Of a stretch of 64,000 bases of DNA, positions 1 through 8,341 are shown one piece after another; the stretch's first letter is position 1, and every line of letters begins with the position of its first letter. The notes under the pieces were generated by a model. That model saw only the letters and a program-made list of their open reading frames with translations. It was not told the DNA's origin and did no database searches. This DNA comes from Pseudomonadota bacterium. GTDB lineage: Bacteria; Desulfobacterota; Binatia; Binatales; Binataceae. The position numbers were made by a program, and so were the translations under genes. The stretch covers positions 1,129 through 65,128 of the forward strand of contig JAJPHI010000014.1 in the NCBI GenBank assembly GCA_021325355.1, in the 5' to 3' direction.

Positions 1-94
1 CTCGCCCGGGGCCGCGCCCAGTCCGGCGACCAACAACGTGTTCGGCGCGGTCGGCAGCTTTTTCGGCAATCTCTTCGGCCATCATCCGGATCAT
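1..94 (-). CDS. N-terminal fragment of an unidentified gene divergent from the Rrf2 regulator. The reverse complement reads ATG ATC CGG ATG ATG GCC GAA... (MIRMMAEEIAEKAADRAEHVVGRR...) and runs off the window start.
   Basis: Open frame on the minus strand from an ATG at about 92-94 to position 1. It is too short within the window to appear in the ORF track and no homology is recognisable. Confidence 0.25.
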   Translation of the reverse strand, partial: MIRMMAEEIAEKAADRAEHVVGRRTGRGPGR

Positions 95-157
95 TGAAAT
101 TTTGCGCGGCGGCCCGTTTGCGTTATATTCGAGCTAAGTCGATTTAATCGATAGACT

Positions 158-631
158 GTGCTTTCGCACAAATCAAAATATGCGCTGAAGGCCGCACTGG
201 TGCTGGCCAAGGAATACGGCCAGGGACCCGTCCTTATCTCCGATATCGCCCAGCGCGAAGCTATCCCGCGCAAATTCCTCGAATTGATTCTCCTCGAACT
301 GCGCAATCGCGGGGTTCTCCAGAGCAAGAAGGGCAAGGGCGGCGGCTATTTCCTCGGCCGCCCGCCGAGCAAGGTCACCCTCGGTGAAATTCTTCGCGAT
401 ACCGAAGGCCCCCTCGCCCCGATTGGCTGCGTCAGCCAGTTCGCCTATGTCCGCTGCGAGGACTGTCGCGACGAACGCACCTGCGGCATCCGCATGGTGA
501 TGAAGGACGTGCGCGATGCGACCGCGCGCATCCTCGACAGCACCACCCTCGCCGACGTGTTGAAGCGGGTCGAGACCACCGTCAGCGGCGCCAGCCAGCG
601 CCCGCACAAGCTGCCTGCCGAATTCGCCTGA
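158..631 (+). CDS. Rrf2-family (IscR/NsrR-like) transcriptional regulator with a C-terminal Cys cluster
   Basis: The N-terminal winged helix (SKYALKAALVLA...ISDIAQREAIPRKFLELILLELRNRGVLQSKKGKGGGYFL) is typical of Rrf2. Cysteines in GCVSQFAYVRCEDCRDERTCG fit Fe-S ligation. It uses a GTG start. Confidence 0.8.
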   Translation: MLSHKSKYALKAALVLAKEYGQGPVLISDIAQREAIPRKFLELILLELRNRGVLQSKKGKGGGYFLGRPPSKVTLGEILRDTEGPLAPIGCVSQFAYVRCEDCRDERTCGIRMVMKDVRDATARILDSTTLADVLKRVETTVSGASQRPHKLPAEFA

Positions 632-656
632 TAAGAGCCGTCGGCGCTCGCGCGCC

Positions 657-1427
657 TCAAAGCCCCCGTACGTGCTGGAGTTCCGGCGGTGCCGCGCCGA
701 ATTCCGCGCGCAACGCGGCATAGCTCGCGAGATCGTCAACCGTGCGAAAGAAACCCTGGTGGATGAACCCCTGCACCATCGCGCCGTCCGCTACCGCCGG
801 CGCCAGAACCTCCCGCACGAGACTGAAGGGCGCCGCGTCGGGAAGCATCGTCAGGATCCGCGGATCGCAGAGCATCACGCCGCAGAACATGTACGGGGCG
901 AGCGCCGCCGCGGGTGTTGACGGCGCGAAGTCATCGTATTCCCCACGCCGCCGCAGGAGCCGCATCCGGCCGATCCGACCGCTCGCGTCGGCTTCGATCC
1001 GGCTGTAGCCGTCGGGGTCAGTGCTCGCCCGCAGCACCATGGTGGCGAGCGCCCGACGGGCGCGATGCTGCTCGACGACCTGGTTCAGGTCCAGGTCGAT
1101 TATCGTATCGCCATTGATAATGAAGAACGGATCGTTCGCGAAGTAATCGCGCAGACCGAGCAGCGGACCGCCCGTCCCCGCCAGGATCGGCTCCGGCGCA
1201 TAGGTGATCGCGAGGCCGAGCGCCCCGCCGTCGCCGAGGGCCTGCTGCAGCCGCGCGCCCAGATGATGCAGGTTGATGGCGACGTCGCGGATGCCCGCCG
1301 TCCGCAGCATCGCGAGCGGATACTGAATCAACGGCCGCCCCCCGACTTCGAGCAGCGGCTTTGGCGTCGTCTCGGTCAAGGGCCGCAGGCGTTCGCCGTA
1401 ACCGGCCGCGAGTACCAGGGCTTTCAT
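657..1427 (-). CDS. murU: Sugar-1-phosphate nucleotidyltransferase, probably MurNAc-alpha-1-phosphate uridylyltransferase (MurU-like)
   Basis: N-terminal MKALVLAAGYGERLRPLTETTPKPLLEVGGRPLI is the NTP-transferase signature. It lies immediately downstream of, and is co-oriented with, an APH-fold kinase, which is the AmgK-MurU arrangement. Confidence 0.55.
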   Translation of the reverse strand: MKALVLAAGYGERLRPLTETTPKPLLEVGGRPLIQYPLAMLRTAGIRDVAINLHHLGARLQQALGDGGALGLAITYAPEPILAGTGGPLLGLRDYFANDPFFIINGDTIIDLDLNQVVEQHRARRALATMVLRASTDPDGYSRIEADASGRIGRMRLLRRRGEYDDFAPSTPAAALAPYMFCGVMLCDPRILTMLPDAAPFSLVREVLAPAVADGAMVQGFIHQGFFRTVDDLASYAALRAEFGAAPPELQHVRGL

Positions 1428-1445
1428 CGGCCAGTTGCGCGCCGC

Positions 1446-2519
1446 TCAATCACCGAGCGCTGCCCGCAGCGCGCGAAAATCCGCGCGCTCACGCAAGATC
1501 CGGCGCGCCTGCCCGAGCGCGTACGGGATGTACTGGACATAACCGCGGCGGCCTTCGCCCTCGAGGTAAAGGAAGCGCCCGATCACCTTGAGCGCATGCT
1601 GCAGCACGCACAGCCGATAACTCTCGACGAAATCGTCGTAGGACATCGTGGCGGCCTGCCGCCGCACCTGCGCGCCGTAATAGTAATCGAGCACGCGCTG
1701 CTCGATCCGCGGCGTGAGCAGGCGTGAGGTATCTCGTGTGGTCAGCAGGACCGCCAAATCCTGCGCCGCCGGCGCCATCAGCGCGTCCTGGAAATCGATC
1801 ACGCGGATACGCGGTTCACCGCTGCGGAACTGCACGAAAAGATTGTGGCCGTGATAGTCGCGATGGGACAGCACGCGCGGCAGCCGGCCGAGGCGCGCCG
1901 CCAGGTAGTCAAGCTCGGCGCCGAGGGCGGCTTTATCGGCCCCGGGTCGCAGCGCCGATAGTCCGAACTCGAGAAACTGTTCGAGCTCCCAGCGGAACAG
2001 CCGTTCGTCGTAGGCAATCCGCGCCGGCAGCGCGTCAGGCGGAAGCTCGGCGGTGCCGCGCCCGTGAATCAGTATCAGTTGATCCACCGCGAGCCGGAAC
2101 AAATCGGCGGCATCGCCGCGCGCGGCGGCGTCGAACAGCGGCAGCTCGCCGACGTCTTCGACCAGCAGACGGCGCGTCGCGCAATCGGCGAAATAGACCT
2201 GCGGCACCGCCACGTTAATCGCGCTGAAGAAACGCTGCAGCGTCAGCCACGGCGGTTCGACGAGCGGCGTCGGCACGAGCTCGAGCGCGCGGGCGTAGAG
2301 CGGCAGGTCTTCCGGACCCAAATCGACAACGATTGCCGTCGCCGGAGGCGCGGCCGCCGCCGTCGGCAGAGCGGTCAAGGCGACCCGCCAGAAGCGCCGT
2401 CCCGAGGCGTCACCCTTAAGCGCCGTGAGATCCGACGGTTGAGCGCCGGCGAACGCTCGGGCGATCGCCATTCGCAGCCATGACATCAGGGCCGCGTCGT
2501 TATTGATCGTGTCCGCCAC
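1446..2519 (-). CDS. amgK: Aminoglycoside-phosphotransferase-fold sugar kinase, probably anomeric MurNAc/GlcNAc kinase (AmgK-like)
   Basis: Kinase motifs HRDYHGHNLFV (catalytic loop) and IDFQDA (DFG-like) are present. Its position 5' of the MurU-like gene matches the AmgK-MurU pair. Confidence 0.5.
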   Translation of the reverse strand: MADTINNDAALMSWLRMAIARAFAGAQPSDLTALKGDASGRRFWRVALTALPTAAAAPPATAIVVDLGPEDLPLYARALELVPTPLVEPPWLTLQRFFSAINVAVPQVYFADCATRRLLVEDVGELPLFDAAARGDAADLFRLAVDQLILIHGRGTAELPPDALPARIAYDERLFRWELEQFLEFGLSALRPGADKAALGAELDYLAARLGRLPRVLSHRDYHGHNLFVQFRSGEPRIRVIDFQDALMAPAAQDLAVLLTTRDTSRLLTPRIEQRVLDYYYGAQVRRQAATMSYDDFVESYRLCVLQHALKVIGRFLYLEGEGRRGYVQYIPYALGQARRILRERADFRALRAALGD

Positions 2520-2624
2520 GGCTCGCGCAAAGTCTTGTCAAGCGATACCGGCCGGATCGGTCGGCGAAACTTGTTGATAGCCTCAAAATTTCTGTGGAGA
2601 GCTCAAGCATTCTCAATGGTGCTG

Positions 2625-2644
2625 GATGTTTCACGTGAAACATC
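2625..2644. promoter_or_regulatory. Perfect 20-bp palindrome GATGTTTCAC|GTGAAACATC, with two further TGTTTCA(C/A)CG half-site copies at about 2652-2660 and 2691-2700. A candidate operator lying downstream of the ABC-F stop at 2725 and 106-180 nt upstream of the amgK start at 2519.
   Basis: The palindrome is read directly from the sequence and is self-complementary over 20 nt; the chance expectation in 64 kb is about 0.06. The half site recurs twice within 75 bp, and an AACGCGTT palindrome sits at about 2697-2704. Confidence 0.4.
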
Positions 2645-2724
2645 GGCGGATTGTTTCACGCTTCAAACCATTCGTTGATCCGACTTGAAGTGTTTCAACG
2701 CGTTCCATTACTGGCTGATTACGC

Positions 2725-4737
2725 TCAAAGCTCTGCTGGCGCGTCGAGCCTCATCAGCTCCTCGTAAAGTTGCTCGATCTCCCGGCCGAGCCGCTCGTAC
2801 CCGGCGATAATCTCCGGCGCGTCCTTGCGCGTGAGGTAAAAGTTCGGATCGTTCATCGCTTCGCCGAGCGCCGCCCGCTCCGCTTCCTTGCTCTCAATCG
2901 AGCTTTCGATCTCGGTGCGGCGTTTGAGCGTCCGCGTGCGCGCGCGGTTCGACTCGCGATCGGACTGGTTCGGTGTTTTGCCCTTGGCGCCGTGAGGAGC
3001 CGCGCCATTGCGATAGCTGCCGGCGGCATTCATGACTGCAGGCTGCGGCGACGCGGGCTTTGACGGAACGATCGTCGCGGTCGTCGCGGGCTTGCCGTCC
3101 GCCGACGGTTTGGTGATCGCGTTCAGCCGCTCCTCTTCAGCCTTCCGCGCAAGGTAATCGTCATAGTTGCCGAGATAGCGGACGGCGTGGCCGCGCCCGA
3201 CCTCGATCACCTCGGTAACCAACTGATTGAGGATGTAGCGATCGTGACTGACGATCACGACCGTGCCCGGGAAGCGCCGCAGGGCTTCGAGCAGGCTCTC
3301 CTTGGCCACGATATCGAGGTTGTTGGTCGGCTCGTCGAGCAGCAGCACGTTGTTGCGATGGGCGAGCACCTTGGCGAGCGCGAGTCGCGCCCGCTCGCCG
3401 CCCGACAATACGCCGACGCGCTTGTTGACGTCGTCGCCGGAAAAGAGCATCGCGCCGAGCAGATTGCGGATTTCGGTGGTGGTCATGCCCTGCGCGCCGC
3501 TGCTCAATTCATCGAGAACGGTGCGCTGGTAGTCGAGGGCTTCGGCAAGGTTCTGGGCAAAGTAACCGATTTGCACGCGCTCACCGACCTCGCGCCGGCC
3601 GGCGGTAAGCTCGTCGATCCCGGCGAGGATCCGGATCATGGTCGATTTGCCGGCGCCGTTGGGACCGACCAGGGCGATCCGCGCGCCGCGCTCGACGAGC
3701 AGGCTCACGCCGTCATAGACCGTGAGCGTATCGTACCGCTTGACCGCCTGATGCAGCTCGACCACGCGGCGGGCGCTGCGCTCGGCCGTGGGGAAAACTA
3801 TCGACGGCGGCTTATCGAGGCCTACAGGCGGCTCGCGGCGCTCAATTTTTTCGAGCTGTTTGATGCGGCTCTGCACCAGCTTGGCCTTGCTCGCCTGGTA
3901 GCGAAAACGGCTGATGAACGCCTCCATGTGCTCGATTTCGCTGCGCTGCTTCTCGTAGGCCGCGAGCTCGGCCGCGCATCGCACGTCGCGCTCACGCAGA
4001 TAGTAGGAGTAGTTGCCGTGGTACTCGGTCAGCGCGCCGCGCGCCACCTCGACCGTGCGGGCCGTAACCCGATCGAGGAAGTAATGGTCGTGAGAAACCA
4101 GGATGATGCCGCCGGTGTAGTCATCGAGATAGTCCTCGAGCCAGTTGCGCGCCTCGATATCCAGATGGTTGGTCGGCTCGTCGAGCATCATGAAGTCCGG
4201 CCGGCGCAGCAGGAGCTTGGCGAGCCCGATGCGCATCCGGATACCGCCGGAGAACTCGGCAACGTCGCGCGCAAGGTCTTCTTCGCGAAAACCGAGCCCG
4301 AAGAGCACGGCGGTAGCGCGGCTTTCGGCGGTATAGAAGTCGTGCCGCTCCAGCTCGTGCAGCACGTCGCCGAGTTCGGTCAGTGCGGCGTCGTGTTCGG
4401 CGCGGCGTTTCTCATCGGCAAGGATCTGTTCGAGCTCGAGGCGGCGCGCGTCGATTTGCCGCATCTCGCTCAGCGCCGACAGGGTTTCGTCGAGCACCGA
4501 ACGCCCGCTCATCTCGGGTGCGTCCTGGGCCAGGTAACCGATGGTGGCGCGCTGCGGATAGCTGATGCGGCCGGCGTCCGGCTCAATCACGCCCGCGATC
4601 AGCTTGAGCAGGGTGGACTTGCCGGCGCCGTTGAGCCCGACCAGGCTGACGCGGCCGTCGTCGGGCATCGACCAGCTCACGGCGTCGAAGATGGCGCGGC
4701 CGCCGTAGAACTTGGTTATTTTGTCAAGACTCAGCAC
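2725..4737 (-). CDS. ABC-F family ATPase (Uup/EttA type) with two ABC domains and a C-terminal coiled-coil extension
   Basis: Two Walker A sites are present (GLNGAGKSTLLKLIAG and GPNGAGKSTMIRILAG), along with two LSGG signature motifs and no transmembrane domain. The tail is Pro/Ala-rich and charged, as in Uup. Confidence 0.8.
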   Translation of the reverse strand: MLSLDKITKFYGGRAIFDAVSWSMPDDGRVSLVGLNGAGKSTLLKLIAGVIEPDAGRISYPQRATIGYLAQDAPEMSGRSVLDETLSALSEMRQIDARRLELEQILADEKRRAEHDAALTELGDVLHELERHDFYTAESRATAVLFGLGFREEDLARDVAEFSGGIRMRIGLAKLLLRRPDFMMLDEPTNHLDIEARNWLEDYLDDYTGGIILVSHDHYFLDRVTARTVEVARGALTEYHGNYSYYLRERDVRCAAELAAYEKQRSEIEHMEAFISRFRYQASKAKLVQSRIKQLEKIERREPPVGLDKPPSIVFPTAERSARRVVELHQAVKRYDTLTVYDGVSLLVERGARIALVGPNGAGKSTMIRILAGIDELTAGRREVGERVQIGYFAQNLAEALDYQRTVLDELSSGAQGMTTTEIRNLLGAMLFSGDDVNKRVGVLSGGERARLALAKVLAHRNNVLLLDEPTNNLDIVAKESLLEALRRFPGTVVIVSHDRYILNQLVTEVIEVGRGHAVRYLGNYDDYLARKAEEERLNAITKPSADGKPATTATIVPSKPASPQPAVMNAAGSYRNGAAPHGAKGKTPNQSDRESNRARTRTLKRRTEIESSIESKEAERAALGEAMNDPNFYLTRKDAPEIIAGYERLGREIEQLYEELMRLDAPAEL

Positions 4738-4895
4738 TTTGGTCCGAACGATGATGCTGTCTGATTTTTCCAGATGAGCGAGGGGGCGGGAAGCCGCGCC
4801 GACGGCGAACGGTGAAAAGTCGCCTTGCGCCGCGCCGCGGCATACGATTGATGAGAGCGACCGTCAGCGGCGGTCACGGGAGGGCGATCGGGACA

Positions 4896-5240
4896 ATGGC
4901 CATTGTCGAACCAGGAGATCGCGTGTTGGTCATCGATCGCAAGCTGTTCAAGGACGACAACGTGCGGATGTTCGTCGGCGTGGTCGAGGCGATTGAGGCG
5001 GGCGCGCTGCGCGCGAAGGGGTTTCCGTTCCATCTGAACCCGTACGAGATAACCGCGACCGAGCTGCCGCGCGATCCGCGCGTGCGCCTGGTTTCATTGA
5101 CGGCGGGCGAGCTGGTTTATCTGCTGCCGCGCGAAATCGATCTCGCGCGGCTGCAACTGCGGCGCTCGCCCAAGGCGCTAACCCTGACCGACGGACAACA
5201 CTTCGCGCTCGACCTCAGCGAATGGCTCGAGCGGCTCTAA
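4896..5240 (+). CDS. Hypothetical protein, roughly 115 aa counted from the internal ATG. The track ORF begins at 4812.
   Basis: The open frame has GGGA a few nucleotides before the ATG at about 4896. No recognisable domain was found, and its 3' end overlaps the convergent hydrolase gene. Confidence 0.3.
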   Translation: MAIVEPGDRVLVIDRKLFKDDNVRMFVGVVEAIEAGALRAKGFPFHLNPYEITATELPRDPRVRLVSLTAGELVYLLPREIDLARLQLRRSPKALTLTDGQHFALDLSEWLERL

Positions 5241-6143
5241 GCCGCGATAGGCACTGACGAACGCGATGATCGCCGCCGCCGTCTCGTGCGGATTATCGAG
5301 CGGCACATGATGATGCGCGCGGGGGATTTCGCGGAACTGCGAGTGGCGAATCTGACGGTGCATCCGGCGCGCCACGCGCGGTGACAGCAGGGCGCTGTGC
5401 TCGCCGCGCAGGATGAGCGTCGGCACCTTAATCTTCTTCAGCGGGAAGCGCAGATGCCGCTTCCATCCGGGCGTCATCCGGCGCGTGCGCGGATCGAAGC
5501 GGAAAGCCCAGGTGCCGTCGGCCAGTTGCTCGGCGCCTTTGAGCGCCAGCGCCGCCAGGTCATCCGCCGTGAGATTGTGACCGGGCGGCGAGAGTCGAAA
5601 CCTGCGGACCAAATCTTCGCGGGTCGCGAAGGTCGGCCGCCGCTGATGCTGACGGCGGCGTTTCCATCGCCACATCAGGCGCGTGCGCAGGGGCGGCCCG
5701 CCATGCGGCGCATCGACGACGACGAGACTGGCGACCAGCTCCGGACAATCGTAAGCCACGCGCTGGGTAATCTCACCGCCCATCGAATGGCCGACCAGGA
5801 CGACCGGGCGTTGGAGGTGATCGGCGAGAAAGCTCTTCAGGTCGGCGATATGATTGGCGGGACCGTAGACGGCGGCCCACTCGCTGCGGCCGTGGCCGCG
5901 GAAATCGAGCGCCAGCACGCGGCCGTGCGCCGTCAGCCGCGGCGCCACGCTGTCCCACCAATGGGCGTGGGCCGAGCCGCCGTGGCAGAGGACGAACAGG
6001 CGCGCCGGAGCGCCGCCCCAATCGAGATAATGCAGACGCAGACCGTTGATGTTCGCGTATTTGCTGGTCGGTCCCGTCGACGCGGTAACCGCCTCGCCGT
6101 CATACATGGGCGTATATCGTATTGACGGTGGCGGATGTTGCAA
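5178..6143 (-). CDS. Alpha/beta-fold hydrolase
   Basis: It carries the GHSMGG nucleophile elbow and an HGGSAHAHWW segment, and has typical alpha/beta hydrolase length and layout. Confidence 0.7.
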   Translation of the reverse strand: MQHPPPSIRYTPMYDGEAVTASTGPTSKYANINGLRLHYLDWGGAPARLFVLCHGGSAHAHWWDSVAPRLTAHGRVLALDFRGHGRSEWAAVYGPANHIADLKSFLADHLQRPVVLVGHSMGGEITQRVAYDCPELVASLVVVDAPHGGPPLRTRLMWRWKRRRQHQRRPTFATREDLVRRFRLSPPGHNLTADDLAALALKGAEQLADGTWAFRFDPRTRRMTPGWKRHLRFPLKKIKVPTLILRGEHSALLSPRVARRMHRQIRHSQFREIPRAHHHVPLDNPHETAAAIIAFVSAYRGLEPLEPFAEVEREVLSVGQG

Positions 6144-6227
6144 GGGCGGGGTGCGTTTATTTTCGAGGCTGACTCATGCTAACAACTTCTGCGGCCTCGC
6201 GAGACGAAGCTTTCAACGGAGCAGGTT

Positions 6228-7010
6228 ATGAGCCTCAGACTGGATGGGAAGAACGCATTGATCACGGGCGGCGCGAGCGGAATCGGACGGGCGACAGCAA
6301 TCCGTTTTGCGCAGGAAGGCGCCAACGTCTGTGTCGCCGACCGTCAGGCCGCGGCGGCCGAAACGGTGGCCGCCGAAGTGCGCAAGCTCGGGCGCAAGGC
6401 CTGCGCCGTCACGGTGGACGTGAGCAATCCGGCGCAGGTGCAGGCGATGGTCGACGGCGCGGCGCGCGAGCTCGGCGGGATCGATATCGTGCTGGCGGCG
6501 GCGGGAGTCTCGGCGGCCAATTACGGCGAAGGGCAGATCCAGCCGAAGTTTCTCAATGAGCTGCCGTTCGAGGAGTGGCGTAAGGTCCTGTCGATCAATC
6601 TGGACGGCGTCTTTCTGACGTGTCAGGCGGTGGCGCGCAAGATGATCGAGCAGGGGCGGGGCGGGCGCATTATCGCGATCTCGTCGGGCGCAGCGAAGAT
6701 CCCGCTGAAGGGTTCAGGCGACTACTGCGTCAGCAAGGCGGGGGTGTGGATGCTGATGAAGGTGATGGCGCTCGAATTGGGTCGTTACGGGATCACCGCC
6801 AACGCGATCGGGCCGGGCGTGATCGACACGCCGATGACCAAGGATATTCAGGCGAGCCGGCAGTTGGAGCGGATGATCCGCCGCACCCCGGTCGGACGTA
6901 TCGGGCGCCCTGAGGACGTGGCGAACACGGCGCTGTTTCTGGCGAGCGAGGAGGGCAGCTACTTCAGCGGCTCGATTCTGCATCCGGACGGCGGCGTGAT
7001 CATGCAATAA
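6228..7010 (+). CDS. Short-chain dehydrogenase/reductase (SDR) family oxidoreductase
   Basis: TGGASGIGRATA matches the Rossmann motif TGxxxGIG. The catalytic YCVSKAG matches YxxxK, and NAIGPG is present. Confidence 0.8.
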   Translation: MSLRLDGKNALITGGASGIGRATAIRFAQEGANVCVADRQAAAAETVAAEVRKLGRKACAVTVDVSNPAQVQAMVDGAARELGGIDIVLAAAGVSAANYGEGQIQPKFLNELPFEEWRKVLSINLDGVFLTCQAVARKMIEQGRGGRIIAISSGAAKIPLKGSGDYCVSKAGVWMLMKVMALELGRYGITANAIGPGVIDTPMTKDIQASRQLERMIRRTPVGRIGRPEDVANTALFLASEEGSYFSGSILHPDGGVIMQ

Positions 7011-7018
7011 TACGGGCG

Positions 7019-7501
7019 ATGAGAGAACGGAATCGGCGCCCAGGCGCGCGGGTGGCAACCGTGATACTGGGCGCCTTGCTTTGCATCTATGGCGCTGCGG
7101 GCGTGGCGCTGGCGCAGGCGCCGGAAGCCGGCGCCGAGTTGAACGGGCCACCGCCGCCGCAGCCCCCACCGGCGGCAGAGGGTTCGGGGTCGCCGCCGCC
7201 GATCCATCGGGTGCCGTTGAATCAGCCGATCACCGGATCGCTGCTGGTGGCTCCGCCCTTCGGCACGGCGCCGCTCAAAGTGGGATTTTTCGCGCTGGCC
7301 AACGATCCGGACAATATCGGTTTCCTGACCTACCAGTGGAACTTCGGCGACGGCACGGTCTCGTCGCTGCCGCCGGAACTGTACATCTTTCACACCTACG
7401 CGAACCCGGGAAACTACGTCTGCACGTTGATCGTCAAGACGATCGATGGACGTCAGGCGACCTTCTTCCAGGGCGTGATCGTCAAGGAAGCGCCGAGTTG
7501 A
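7019..7501 (+). CDS. Secreted proline-rich protein with a PKD-like domain
   Basis: A signal peptide (VATVILGALLCIYGAAGVALAQA) is followed by a PPPPQPPP linker. YQWNFGDGTVSS...HTYANPGNYVCTLIVK matches the PKD WxFGDG...HxY...G.Y signature. Confidence 0.6.
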   Translation: MRERNRRPGARVATVILGALLCIYGAAGVALAQAPEAGAELNGPPPPQPPPAAEGSGSPPPIHRVPLNQPITGSLLVAPPFGTAPLKVGFFALANDPDNIGFLTYQWNFGDGTVSSLPPELYIFHTYANPGNYVCTLIVKTIDGRQATFFQGVIVKEAPS

Positions 7502-7514
7502 GCGTGCGTCCGCG

Positions 7515-8261
7515 CTAGAACTTCTCCTTGAACGGGCGCAATTCGAGCTCCATCGACCAGGCGCTGCGGTCCTGATGCGCCAGGTGCCAGTAGGTTTCGG
7601 CGATGGCTTCGGGTTTGAGCAGGTCTTCGGGGTTGAGCTGCGGATAGCGCTCGCGCACGCGGGGGATATCGATGCCGCCGTCGATATTGATCCAGGCCAC
7701 ATGGATACCCTTGGGGCCGAGGTCGCGGGCGAGCGACTGGGCCAGACCGCGCATCGCGAACTTGGCCGGGCCGAAGGAAATCGAACGGGGACCGGCCTTG
7801 ACGCCGGCCGTCGCCCCGGTAAACAGCATCACGCCGCGACCCTTCGCAATCATCGCGGGGGCGACCTCTTTGGCGCAGAGGAAAGCGCCGAAGGCGTTGA
7901 CGCGCCAGGCCGCTTCGTACTGCTCGGGCGTGACCTCGGTGATGGTTCCCCAGGTGCCGCTGCCGGCGTTGTAGAGCAGAAGGTCGGGGTCGCCGAGACG
8001 GCTGCGGATCGCGGTGAAGGCGGCGGCGACCTGGTCGGCGACGCCGATATCGGTCGGCACTTCGAGGACGTTCGCACCGTTAGCGCGAAGCTCGTCGCCG
8101 AGTTCGCGCAGGTAGGCGGCGTTGCGCGCGAGCAGGGCGATTCTGTAGCTCGCGGCGAAGCGTCGGGCGAGCGCCGCGCCGGTTCCGGGTCCGACTCCTA
8201 CCACTACTGCGGTTGCGCTTGTTTGATTGGACATGGTGGCGCCTCCTGCGCTGCTGTCCAC
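7515..8261 (-). CDS. SDR family oxidoreductase
   Basis: VVVGVGPGTGAALARRF is a glycine-rich NAD(P)-binding motif, and the protein has SDR length and layout. Confidence 0.7.
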   Translation of the reverse strand: MDSSAGGATMSNQTSATAVVVGVGPGTGAALARRFAASYRIALLARNAAYLRELGDELRANGANVLEVPTDIGVADQVAAAFTAIRSRLGDPDLLLYNAGSGTWGTITEVTPEQYEAAWRVNAFGAFLCAKEVAPAMIAKGRGVMLFTGATAGVKAGPRSISFGPAKFAMRGLAQSLARDLGPKGIHVAWINIDGGIDIPRVRERYPQLNPEDLLKPEAIAETYWHLAHQDRSAWSMELELRPFKEKF

Positions 8262-8341
8262 TGTTTATTGCCGCGCGGGACGCGGAGCAAGCGCGGCGAC
8301 GACCGCGAGCTTGACTGTGAGGGCGCCATCGGGTTTGTTGC

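Noticed and set aside
2625-2644. Assigning the palindrome to LexA (Cheo box GAAC-N4-GTTC) or KdgR (GAAAC-N-GTTTC)
   Set aside because: The half-site orientation is inverted (GTTTC...GAAAC outward) and the downstream genes are not SOS or pectin genes. It is left unassigned.
3187-4764. A 525-aa ORF antisense to the ABC-F gene
   Set aside because: No motifs. It is embedded opposite a gene with clear Walker and signature motifs.
4812-5240. A PilZ domain in the hypothetical ORF (RRGIR...VSGG)
   Set aside because: The spacing between the RxxxR and DxSxxG-like elements is far too short, and the D/N residue is missing.
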